From Planctomycetota bacterium (GTDB lineage Bacteria > Planctomycetota > Planctomycetia > Pirellulales > UBA1268), in NCBI GenBank assembly GCA_014238855.1, contig JABAAH010000006.1, positions 4,804-68,803 of the forward strand: a DNA stretch of 64,000 nucleotides. Reading direction: 5' to 3'. Shown piece after piece: positions 48,992 to 57,818 of this stretch. The translations under genes were made by a program, and so were the position numbers. Within the stretch, counting starts at the first letter, position 1; every line of letters starts with the position of its first letter. The notes under the pieces were generated by a model. The model did no database searches, was not told where the DNA came from, and worked only from the letters and a program-made list of their open reading frames with translations.

Positions 48992-49579
48992 CTAGTCAAC
49001 CAAGTTGCAGGCTGATTCGACGATGGCACTAATCTTTCCATCATCGAGTTCACCTTTCTTTAGTGCATGACTGGTAACAACCTTTCCGCCCTTGTAGCAA
49101 ACAACTGTCATATCTGCTTCAGGCGAAATTTTGAAATCGTCAGGACCATTCTTGGAGTCTTCAGGAACAACGAATGCCACTCGTTGGATGTTGTTGTCTT
49201 TGACAAACTTCGTAGCTGCTGTTTTCAGACTATCGTTATCTGCACCAATCATGTTCACAAAGCTACTAAGTTGGCTATCTGCATGCTCTTCAATTTCACT
49301 CTCAAGTTCGTTGATAAGTTTTGCAAGTGGTTTGTCTGCGGTTCGAGCAAAAATCATGACGACTGGTTTGTTGCCCATGCGGCATCGATAGCAAAGGCTT
49401 TTCCCATTTTCGACACCATCGCTCGGATTGCCGGCTGCCTTGGTTACGGTAAATGCCCCAACGCTATCCCCGGGTTGTGGGCCGCTTACGATATCGGCCA
49501 GAGAGTAACTTGCTGAGGCAACTAAAACGAGAGTTGCTATTCCAACTATGATGCTTCGAGATGGTTTCAGAAACGCCAT
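48992..49579 (-). CDS. secreted protein with CxxC motif (possible thioredoxin-fold), function unknown
   Basis: 195 aa with a signal peptide. CYRC is followed by KPVVMIFAR, reminiscent of redoxin-type folds. The assignment is tentative. Confidence 0.45.
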   Translation of the reverse strand: MAFLKPSRSIIVGIATLVLVASASYSLADIVSGPQPGDSVGAFTVTKAAGNPSDGVENGKSLCYRCRMGNKPVVMIFARTADKPLAKLINELESEIEEHADSQLSSFVNMIGADNDSLKTAATKFVKDNNIQRVAFVVPEDSKNGPDDFKISPEADMTVVCYKGGKVVTSHALKKGELDDGKISAIVESACNLVD

Positions 49580-49619
49580 TGAAAACTCCTAGATATTTAC
49601 GGTGTAGCTGGCTACTTGT

Positions 49620-49635
49620 GTGATTTTCGAATCAC
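49620..49635. promoter_or_regulatory. perfect palindrome GTGATT-TTCG-AATCAC in divergent promoter region (candidate operator)
   Basis: Read directly. A third half-site-like gaatca follows (cgaatcacgaatcat). It lies 41 nt upstream of the 49579 start and about 175 nt upstream of the aldehyde dehydrogenase start. Confidence 0.25.
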
Positions 49636-49809
49636 GAATCATTGTCTACCAGCATATCGCCACATGATTTCGGGAATTATTGCCACGCCGGCAAAAAGGA
49701 ATCCCGGTGTCTCTTCTATCATAGCGCGGGTACGATACAACCGGCAACCGTATCATTGCAAATTGAGGCGTTATGCCGTGACGGTAATTCCCCAAAAAGG
49801 AGGCTCAAG

Positions 49810-51273
49810 ATGCCCGAGTCAGGATTGGATGTGCTTATTCGGCAGACTCAATTATTCATCGATGGCCAGTGGATCCCAGCACAGTCTGGAAAGACGTTTG
49901 ACACAATAAACCCGTCAAATGAAGAAGTGATTGCACGGGTCGCGGAGGGTGATGTGGCTGATGTTGAACATGCTGTTCTCGCTGCTCGTCGCGCTTTCGA
50001 CGAAGGCCCGTGGCCCCGCATGGATGCTCGCGAGCGGGGGAAGATTATGCATCGGTTCTGTGATTTCATTGAGGCTGAAATTGATGAGCTCGCAGCTATC
50101 GAGTCTCTCGACAATGGAAAACCAGTCAAAGATGCTCGCTCGGTTGATATCCCGTTAGCGATCGAGTGCATCCGTTACTACGCTGGCTGGGCAGATAAAA
50201 TTCAAGGTAGCACAATTCCAGTACGTGGTAATTTCTTATGCTACACACGACGAGAACCAGTCGGTGTTGCCGGGCAAATTATTCCATGGAACTTTCCAAT
50301 TCTTATGGCGGCCTGGAAGTGGGGGCCGGCGTTGGCAACTGGCTGTACGGTTGTCATGAAGCCGGCTGAACAAACTCCATTGACCTGCCTTCGTTTGGCT
50401 TATCTTGCACAAAAAGCCGGTATCCCTGATGGAGTGATTAACGTTGTACCAGGATTCGGGCCAACCGCTGGTGCTGCAATCGTTCAACATCCTGGTGTTG
50501 ATAAGATTGCTTTTACGGGTTCTGGTGAGACAGCTCAGCACATTATGCGTCAGTCGGCAGATACGATGAAGCGGCTAACACTTGAGCTTGGCGGTAAGAG
50601 TCCGAATATTGTTTTTGCAGATGCTGATTTAGAATCTGCTGCAGAAGGCGCTCACATTGGTATTCATCTTAATCAGGGGCAATGCTGTTGTGCTGGCTCA
50701 CGGCTCTTTGTCGAAGACTCAATCCATGACTCGTTTGTTGAGAAGGTAGTAGACCTGTCAAGGAAGCGGCGAGTAGGTAATCCTTTTGATCCCACTACAG
50801 ATCAGGGACCACAGGTCGATCGAGATCAATTTGAAAAAATTATGAGCTATATCGACAAAGGAAAAAGGGAAGGAGCGGTTTGCGCAACTGGGGGTCAGCG
50901 AGTCGGTGATCGGGGCTATTTTATTGAGCCGACAGTATTCACCGAAGTGCGTGATGAAATGGCTATTGCTCGAGATGAGATTTTTGGGCCAGTATTATCG
51001 GTTCTTAGATTTTCTGATATGGAAGAATTAGTGCGTCGTGCGAATGCAACGACATACGGTCTAGCTGCTGCAGTTTGGACTCGTGATGTCAGCAAAGCTC
51101 ATATCTTGGCTGAGCGATTGCGTGCCGGTACAGTTTGGGTGAACTGTTATGACGTTTTTGATGCGGCCGCACCCTTTGGTGGCTTTAAACAGTCAGGATT
51201 TGGTCGAGAACTTGGGCAGCGTGGTCTGGATGCTTATCTCGAAGATAAAACAGTTACTGTTCGCTTAGGCTAG
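49810..51273 (+). CDS. NAD(P)-dependent aldehyde dehydrogenase
   Basis: ATG 49810 preceded by AAAGGAGG. ELGGKSP and catalytic-Cys region GQCCCAGSR, plus the FTGS NAD motif. Confidence 0.9.
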   Translation: MPESGLDVLIRQTQLFIDGQWIPAQSGKTFDTINPSNEEVIARVAEGDVADVEHAVLAARRAFDEGPWPRMDARERGKIMHRFCDFIEAEIDELAAIESLDNGKPVKDARSVDIPLAIECIRYYAGWADKIQGSTIPVRGNFLCYTRREPVGVAGQIIPWNFPILMAAWKWGPALATGCTVVMKPAEQTPLTCLRLAYLAQKAGIPDGVINVVPGFGPTAGAAIVQHPGVDKIAFTGSGETAQHIMRQSADTMKRLTLELGGKSPNIVFADADLESAAEGAHIGIHLNQGQCCCAGSRLFVEDSIHDSFVEKVVDLSRKRRVGNPFDPTTDQGPQVDRDQFEKIMSYIDKGKREGAVCATGGQRVGDRGYFIEPTVFTEVRDEMAIARDEIFGPVLSVLRFSDMEELVRRANATTYGLAAAVWTRDVSKAHILAERLRAGTVWVNCYDVFDAAAPFGGFKQSGFGRELGQRGLDAYLEDKTVTVRLG

Positions 51274-51317
51274 GTCTTTGCTTTACCGCTTTTGACGAAT
51301 GAAAATGGGGGTTTGCA

Positions 51318-53618
51318 ATGGTAAAAGTTCGAACTGGCGGTGGTTGGAGAGCAATACACTACACCTTAAAAAAGGCATATGAAGCGGGAGGTTTCTGGTC
51401 TCTTTGGAAAGCGATGCGGAGCAAAAACGCATGTAAAACATGTGCCCTGGGAATGGGCGGTCAGGCTGGCGGTATGGTGAATGAATCGGGCCACTTTCCT
51501 GAGGTTTGTAAAAAGTCGTTTCAGGCAATGGTTGCAGACATGCAAGATGCGATTCCGGATGATTTTTTTCATACATATTCAATTGCACAACTCAAGAAAT
51601 TTACTCCGTTTCAGATGGAGCACGCTGGCAGGCTTGTAAAGCCACTTCTGCTCCAAAAGGGGAGTCAGCACTACCAGCCAATACCATGGAGTGAGGCTTT
51701 CGAACGTATTGGCAAGAAACTTCAGGATGTAGAGCCAAGGAAAAGCTTTTGGTATTTCTCAGGCCGCTCAAGTAATGAAGCAGGGTTTCTTTTACAGTTG
51801 TTTGCAAGACTTTATGGGACGAATCACATTAACAATTGTAGTTATTACTGCCACCAAGCTAGTGGAGTTGGTCTTACGAGTGTCATCGGTACGGGGGCAG
51901 GCACTATACAGTTGGAAGATCTTGAAAAAAGTGACTTCGTGATGCTGATAGGTGGCAATCCAGCAAGTAATCATCCACGCATGATGAGATCATTGATGAT
52001 GGTTCGGCGGCGGGGTGGCAAGATTGTTGTCGTGAATCCCATGATCGAAACAGGCCTTGTGAATTTTTCGGTTCCCAGTGATCTGGTGAGCCTGTTATTT
52101 GGGACAAAGATAGCAAGTTCATATGTGCAGCCACTTCTAGGCGGCGATCTTGCGCTCTTGTATGGACTGATGAAGCGGCTGAAAGAACTGCATGCAGCCG
52201 AGTTGAATAATGTACCCGAACCGATTGTTGATGAGGAATTTCTTGCTGAGCATACGCATGGTTGGAACGAATTAGCAGAGCGGCTCGAAGGATTGTCATG
52301 GGATGAAATTATTGAAAAGTCAGGAGTTTCAAAAGCAGATATCGACGATATCACGGTTCAGTATGCAGCCTCCAAGCGAGCCGTCTTTGCATGGACTATG
52401 GGAGTCACGCACCATCTTCATGGTTCTGCCACTGTGCAGGCTATTGCTCAGTTGGCACTAATGAGAAGGATGATTGGTCGCCCTGGTGCAGGACTGCAAC
52501 CAATTCGTGGACATTCGAATATTCAGGGAATGGGTACGGTTGGTGTGACTCCAAAACTGAAAGATAAAATCTTTGAACGACTTGAATCTGAACTTGGAGT
52601 GACGCTGCCATCATTTCGTGGCTTTGACACAGTTGAGTGCCTTGAAGCAGCTGAACAGGGAAACATGCAACTTGCTTTCTGCCTCGGTGGAAATCTTTTT
52701 GGTGCGAGTCCTGATGCTCGTTTTGCATCGCGGGCACTTGCCCGCACAGATATGACTGTTTATATGAATACTTCACTAAATACCGGGCATGCCTGTGGTA
52801 CGGCACAAGAGGATACACTTATCCTCCCTGTTCTTGCCCGTGACGAAGAGCCAGAGCCCTCTACGCAAGAAAGTATGTTTAGTTATATACGTCTTTCGGA
52901 TGGGGGAGAGCCGAGGCATGAGCGAGGGGCTGACTCCGGCCCACGAAGCGAAGTTGAGATTATTGCTGAGATAGGACGCCGAGTCCTCGGTACAAGTGGT
53001 CCGGTGAATTGGCTCGAGATGTCACATACGAGCACGATTCGCAAGGCGATTAGTCGTATCATTCCGGGTCTTGAGCAAATGTCTCAGATCGACAAAACCA
53101 AGGACGAGTTCTTCATACCAGGGCGTAGTATCAATACCCCGACATTCCCCACCGATGATGGCAAAGCAATTTTTCATGTCCACGACTTGCCAGATGTACC
53201 AGATGGTCTGCAGCTCATGACAATTCGCAGTGAAGGCCAGTTCAATACGGTTGTTTACGAAGAGGAAGATCTCTATCGAAACCAGAGTCGCCGTGACATT
53301 GTTCTTATGCACCCAGACGATATTAGTATCTATAGGCTCTCTGAGGGAGTTCTTTGTTGTGTGCAAAGCGATGTTGGTGAAATGCGGCATGTGACTGTGT
53401 CCGCGTATCCAGGAATCCGTCAAGGGTGTGTGGCTATGTATTACCCAGAAAGTAATGTTCTCATACCAAAGAAAGTCGATCCTCTATCTCGAACACCATC
53501 ATATAAACGAGTGGCTGTCAGAATCGTAAGAGAGGATGGTTCATTTGAAGATAAGCCAGAGGGCAAACCGTTGACCGGAAGGACGGGTACGCCTCGCGAA
53601 AAAATGAACCAATGCTAG
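51318..53618 (+). CDS. FdhF/YdeP-family molybdopterin oxidoreductase
   Basis: 766 aa. The N-terminal GGGWRAIHYTLKK...KNACKTCALGMGGQ..G matches my memory of the YdeP-like formate-dehydrogenase-alpha-related family. Molybdopterin-binding and C-terminal barrel-like regions follow. Confidence 0.85.
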   Translation: MVKVRTGGGWRAIHYTLKKAYEAGGFWSLWKAMRSKNACKTCALGMGGQAGGMVNESGHFPEVCKKSFQAMVADMQDAIPDDFFHTYSIAQLKKFTPFQMEHAGRLVKPLLLQKGSQHYQPIPWSEAFERIGKKLQDVEPRKSFWYFSGRSSNEAGFLLQLFARLYGTNHINNCSYYCHQASGVGLTSVIGTGAGTIQLEDLEKSDFVMLIGGNPASNHPRMMRSLMMVRRRGGKIVVVNPMIETGLVNFSVPSDLVSLLFGTKIASSYVQPLLGGDLALLYGLMKRLKELHAAELNNVPEPIVDEEFLAEHTHGWNELAERLEGLSWDEIIEKSGVSKADIDDITVQYAASKRAVFAWTMGVTHHLHGSATVQAIAQLALMRRMIGRPGAGLQPIRGHSNIQGMGTVGVTPKLKDKIFERLESELGVTLPSFRGFDTVECLEAAEQGNMQLAFCLGGNLFGASPDARFASRALARTDMTVYMNTSLNTGHACGTAQEDTLILPVLARDEEPEPSTQESMFSYIRLSDGGEPRHERGADSGPRSEVEIIAEIGRRVLGTSGPVNWLEMSHTSTIRKAISRIIPGLEQMSQIDKTKDEFFIPGRSINTPTFPTDDGKAIFHVHDLPDVPDGLQLMTIRSEGQFNTVVYEEEDLYRNQSRRDIVLMHPDDISIYRLSEGVLCCVQSDVGEMRHVTVSAYPGIRQGCVAMYYPESNVLIPKKVDPLSRTPSYKRVAVRIVREDGSFEDKPEGKPLTGRTGTPREKMNQC

Positions 53619-53833
53619 GTGCTTAATTAGTCTTCGTCTTTTTACTGTTTTTGAGTCAAAGTTCACGTTTAAGTCTTTAGTTGTGTCGAGGGAGGTGACT
53701 CCCTCTGGTGGAACATCAACTTTTGTTACCTAGAGACATGCGTCCAGGATTACTTTTCTGAAGTTATTGTTTTCTGAGTTGTCATGATAATGGCCGCCAG
53801 TGAAGCCAAGGCCGCGTCCACTATCTGGACGTT

Positions 53834-54600
53834 CTACAGCCCACAGCATGGCTGCTTCTCTTCCCGAGCTTTTAAGACCTGAGCTTTTAAAATATGAGCT
53901 TTTAAAATATGAGCGTAAGGTCGTTTCGGGTGAAGATAAAACCCATGTCTTACTGTGTCGCTCAGTTTTGTCTTCAGTATTGATGTCAATTTTAGACAGT
54001 GCGAAGTAGCCGCCTGGTTGACAGCAAGATTATTAAGGAATTGTACGTTGGGGTACCCATTTGTTCTTAGTTGTAAAGGGTGCGCAATCCCATGTGTGGT
54101 TGGATGTGCTGGGAAGACTTCAAATTCTGGCTTCCAGAAGGGATTACATGAAAACATGGTTTCGTAGTAGCCGCCGATCTACAAAAGAAGTCTTTGCCTG
54201 ATTGGTCAGCAAGTACCTCGACCGCAAAATGTATGAATCCAATGCCTGCTCCTTGTCCAGCAAGTTGATCGATTCGGGTCAGGCGATCACATCCGTTTTG
54301 CACGACTCCAAGACGCCGGCTTCCATCCATGAAAAAATAATCGCGTCAGTTTCGTCAAGAATCGAGTCATCAACAGGCCAGCCATTGGTCAGATAGCTGG
54401 CTCGAGCCTCAGGAATGTCTTGAAGGCGTTTGGCCATAAGTTGGACACTGGCGTTGAACTCATGCATTTGTGGTGGATGGAATGGCTTGCCGGCCATAAG
54501 CATGAGGTGTCTCGCCTCAGCAGTGTGGGCTTCTCGTCCTGTGTAGGCAGTCAGGGCTGCGGTGAAGCAAAAAGAAAAGAAAACCTAGGGGTCGCTCATG
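53834..54600 (-). pseudogene. ThuA-domain protein pseudogene (multiple frameshifts)
   Basis: Three consecutive minus-strand ORF fragments in different frames carry ThuA-like segments: LMLMAGKPFHPPQMHEF..DETDAIIF / MDGSRR..GAGIGFIHFA..GKDFF / IGGYYETMFS..HPTTHGIAHP. One junction is at a T6 run (about 54327-54332). The other has an in-frame TAG just before IGGYY. Confidence 0.6.
53866..53915. repeat. 15-bp tandem repeat x3.3 (gagcttttaaRAYMT)
   Basis: Read directly: gagcttttaagacct, gagcttttaaaatat, gagcttttaaaatat, gagcg. It lies in the decayed 3' part of the ThuA-like pseudogene region. Confidence 0.9.
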
Positions 54601-55043
54601 TTGCCTTCTGTGATTTTTGGGCTTAGTTTTCTGGTTGCGGCTCTAGGGTCTGGTGGTGCTGCGAATAATGTAGGTGAGTGAATTTTTACATCAGCCGGAC
54701 TCGTAGTTTTCCGGGCCAGCATGCAGTCTTTCCTTGCTGTTTTCAACAAGATGAGCCTCCTGGGCTTCATGGACACTTTGCCCATGAGAAACGGCCTGGC
54801 TGCACACTTTTTAGGCAGAGCAGGGTGTGCCTCTCACTCAGGCAGTGGTGACTATTCTTTGAGCAGGACGCCCGGGTGCATGCTAAGTCGTTGATATCAA
54901 AGAAGTTGCATTCAATGCTTGACTCTCTATGCAGAGTTGACACGGACTAGATGTGAGAGAGCCGTTCAGTACGTTCGTGCGTACGACGGACGATTGTCTT
55001 GAAGGCTTTCTCTGGTGTTACGCGACGTTGAAAGGAATCATGA

Positions 55044-55481
55044 ATGCCGGCGTTTACTCAAAAAGCATCCGGAGACTTTATAAATAAGGCTGACGGACAC
55101 GGTGCTCAGGCGATCCTCGAGGTAGCAGAGCGGCTATTTGCGGCTGATCCAGAATGGATTATCTTTTTTCGTGAAATCATGGGGCTTGATGGGATCGTTC
55201 GACGAACATTTCAGTCTCCAGACTCACTCATGCGTTTCGAGTGTTCTGCGGAGTACGCACGAATACGTGAGATGTTAGATGCACTTCGACAGAAACAGCA
55301 AGAAAAAGCACCCATTCGAGAGGTTCAGCGGGTTGTAACAGTCAGAATGCCGATGTCTCTCCACGAAACGCTGAAAGCAGAAGCGCAAGAGATGAATGTA
55401 AGCATAAATAAGCTTTGTATCTCGAAATTACTCAAATTACTCGATGAGACTGCATGCCGGGATCTTGTGCCTGAAGAATAA
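55044..55481 (+). CDS. protein with C-terminal HicB-type ribbon-helix-helix domain
   Basis: 145 aa. The C-terminal VTVRMPMSLHETLKAEAQEMNVSINKLCISKLL matches the RHH pattern of HicB-family antitoxins/Arc-like repressors. The N-terminal approximately 90 aa are unassigned. Confidence 0.55.
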   Translation: MPAFTQKASGDFINKADGHGAQAILEVAERLFAADPEWIIFFREIMGLDGIVRRTFQSPDSLMRFECSAEYARIREMLDALRQKQQEKAPIREVQRVVTVRMPMSLHETLKAEAQEMNVSINKLCISKLLKLLDETACRDLVPEE

Positions 55482-55523
55482 ATCAAAACAAATCGTGTGG
55501 GACTATTTTATATGGCGGTAGGA

Positions 55524-55996
55524 AGAATTTGAGTGGGCCTATAAGCCGGGTTTTGTTCTTTTGGGTAAATTTCCTAAAAGCGGCAATCATTTCTCTACGG
55601 CGACAGTTGCCTGTCACCTCTAGCAGCCCACCCGAAGAAATACCGAGGCGGATCGCCTCCGGCCGCTGTTTCCAGCAGACTCTCTTCTGTTCGGCCTTGC
55701 TCTCGATGGGGTTTACCAAGCCAAGCCAGTCACCTGGCCTGCTGGTGAGCTCTTACCTCACCTTTTCACCCTTACCAGCAGACAGAAGTCTGCTGGCGGT
55801 TTGTTTTCTGCGGCACTTTCCCGAGCCTCGCGGCTGGTGGGCGTTACCCACCATCGTATCCTGCAGAGCCCGGACTTTCCTCCCGCCAGATATGGTCTTG
55901 GCACAAAAAATGCAGCTTCATCGTAAGCGAGGAATATGCATTTTTCAAAATCCAAAAATTAATCTGGCCAGCGATTGCCCGGCCCACTCAAATTCC
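55524..55996 (-). ncRNA. rnpB: RNase P RNA, bacterial type A
   Basis: The minus strand contains GAGGAAAGTCCGGGCTC (plus 55866-55882), GGTAAGGGTGAAAAGGTGAGGTAAGAGCTCACC, GAGCAAGGCC and ACAAAACCCGGCTTAT (plus 55541-55556). P1 pairs AATTTGAGTGGGCC (55994-55981) with GGCCCACTCAAATT (55539-55526). P2 pairs GGCAATC (55979-55973) with GATTGCC (55588-55582). Confidence 0.9.
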
Positions 55997-56204
55997 AGAC
56001 AAATCGTCGCACGGTCTGCAGTCAAGAGCAAGCGGTATTTGTTGCTTTGGCGTGCTAATGATTAATCTTGGTTAAATCTGCAGGTATTTCTACAAAATCC
56101 GACGAGGCCTAAGACAGGACAGTTTTTCACATCGTATAGTTAAGTGAGATGGATATGATTTATCGAAACTTTGTTGTGTATCGCGCTGTTGGAGAATCCA
56201 GCTG

Positions 56205-56594
56205 ATGTTCGGTGAATTACAACCCGTTGGCGGTGGGGATTCTATACCTTTGCTGAAAAGGACGCTCGTGGTTGGTCGGCGCGAGTCTGCCGATGTTGTT
56301 TTAAGATTCTCAACAATTTCGGGCAGCCATTGCGAACTTGTTGTAGAAGAAGGGCTCTGGGTTGTACGGGATCTTAATAGCAGTAATGGAACGAAAGTGA
56401 ATGGTGTTCGTGTGAGTGAGCAACACATCAAGCCGGGCGACACGTTATCATTCGCTAAGTATGCGTTCGAGGTCTTCTATGACCCCGCGGAATTGGGCGC
56501 GACTGACGACGCCAAGAATAAGCTTGCCGAAACGGATGTTTTCAGTCGCAGTCTTCTTGAGGCTTCTGGGTTAGAGCCTCGTCGCAAACGGTAG
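56205..56594 (+). CDS. FHA domain protein
   Basis: 129 aa. LVVGRRESADVVL..ISGSHCEL..VRDLNSSNGTKVNG is the canonical FHA signature. Confidence 0.85.
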   Translation: MFGELQPVGGGDSIPLLKRTLVVGRRESADVVLRFSTISGSHCELVVEEGLWVVRDLNSSNGTKVNGVRVSEQHIKPGDTLSFAKYAFEVFYDPAELGATDDAKNKLAETDVFSRSLLEASGLEPRRKR

Positions 56595-56679
56595 GTTTTG
56601 CTGTCCTGAGAATGCATGGACGTCATTACTGTGACTGTCGGATTATGACCAGAGGTGCGAAGATGTGTATGCTTAGGTT

Positions 56680-57801
56680 ATGAAGAAATCTCGGACATCT
56701 CGAGTCGCCTTTCGTAAAAACCGTCATGCGCGTCGACGACAGACGGATGTTACCCGGCAATTTGCCAATGAGGGTGACGTGAGCGAGAATCTTGCTTCAA
56801 CAGAGAGGCTCTCTGGCAAAGGAGAGCTTACTCGGAAACGAACAGTCAAATTAGTCTCCGCTGAAGATTGTTCGAATGTTGCTGGCGGCATAAACGATAT
56901 GTGGCGAGGCCAGGTGCTCCATGCTCATGGCTTGGATAGTTTCGTGCGAAATGATTCTGGTGAGATTACTCGCTGCGCGATTCGACAGGTTCTCCATGAC
57001 GTTGCAACAGATCAACGCCATCCAGTATCAGCCGGTGATTGGGTGCAGGTGCAAGGACGAGGTAAAGAAGCTGCCATTTGTTTTATCGAACCTCGCCGTA
57101 GTGCTTTGAGCCGATCGAGCCGTGGTCGCAGACATACACTTGTTGCAAATGTGGATCAGCTGTTTATCGTCGGGAGTGCTGCACAGCCAGAGTTGAAGCC
57201 TGGTTTGATTGATCGAATGCTTGTAGCTGCGGAGTCGGCGGGCATTCGCCCTGTTATCTGTATTAATAAGGTTGATCTTATTGACCCTGCTAGACTTCTG
57301 CCGCTCGCTGGTGTGTATGCTCGTATGGGATATCCTGTCATTCTCTGTTCGTCTGTTACGGGATATGGTCTTTCTCGGTTGAAAATTGAGCTGGATGGTC
57401 AGGTCACTGCCGTCGTTGGGCAAAGCGGTGTCGGTAAGTCATCTCTACTGAATCGACTTGAGCCAACACTTGAGTTGCCTGTTTCTGGTGTAAGTCGCGA
57501 TAACGATAAGGGTCGTCATACAACAACTGCGGCACGATTACTTCCGCACTCGTATAACGGTACCTTTGTGGATACTCCCGGTGTTAGACAGTTTCAGCTT
57601 TGGGAAACTGTTCCAGCTGAAGTTCCTGCTGCGTTTCGTGATTTGCGACCACTTGCAAATCACTGCCGTTATCCCGACTGTAGCCATTCGCATGAATCAG
57701 GGTGCGCTGTTAAAGATGCGGTTGCCGATGGTCTGCTTGATACTCGACGTTGGGAAAGCTGTTGTCACCTTGCCGCAGGCGCAGAGGAAGGTCGCGAGTG
57801 A
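56680..57801 (+). CDS. rsgA: ribosome small subunit-dependent GTPase A
   Basis: Circularly permuted GTPase motifs (INKVDL then VGQSGVGKSSLLN), DTPG, and C-terminal zinc knuckle CRYPDCSHSHESGC. Confidence 0.9.
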   Translation: MKKSRTSRVAFRKNRHARRRQTDVTRQFANEGDVSENLASTERLSGKGELTRKRTVKLVSAEDCSNVAGGINDMWRGQVLHAHGLDSFVRNDSGEITRCAIRQVLHDVATDQRHPVSAGDWVQVQGRGKEAAICFIEPRRSALSRSSRGRRHTLVANVDQLFIVGSAAQPELKPGLIDRMLVAAESAGIRPVICINKVDLIDPARLLPLAGVYARMGYPVILCSSVTGYGLSRLKIELDGQVTAVVGQSGVGKSSLLNRLEPTLELPVSGVSRDNDKGRHTTTAARLLPHSYNGTFVDTPGVRQFQLWETVPAEVPAAFRDLRPLANHCRYPDCSHSHESGCAVKDAVADGLLDTRRWESCCHLAAGAEEGRE

Positions 57802-57818
57802 GTCATTCGGAACGCACC

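Noticed and set aside
53800-54167. Plus-strand ORFs of 69-70 aa
   Set aside because: They overlap the ThuA-like pseudogene fragments and the 15-bp repeat, with no motifs. The minus-strand ThuA similarity explains the region.
55997-56025. Promoter for rnpB (TTGACT at 56025-56020 on the minus strand)
   Set aside because: The spacing is roughly right, but the hexamer at the -10 position reads TTGTCT, a poor match. This is not enough to call a promoter.
55529-56065. 178-aa plus-strand ORF in the track
   Set aside because: It lies antisense across the RNase P RNA gene. Its sequence is low-complexity and explained entirely by the conserved RNA on the other strand.
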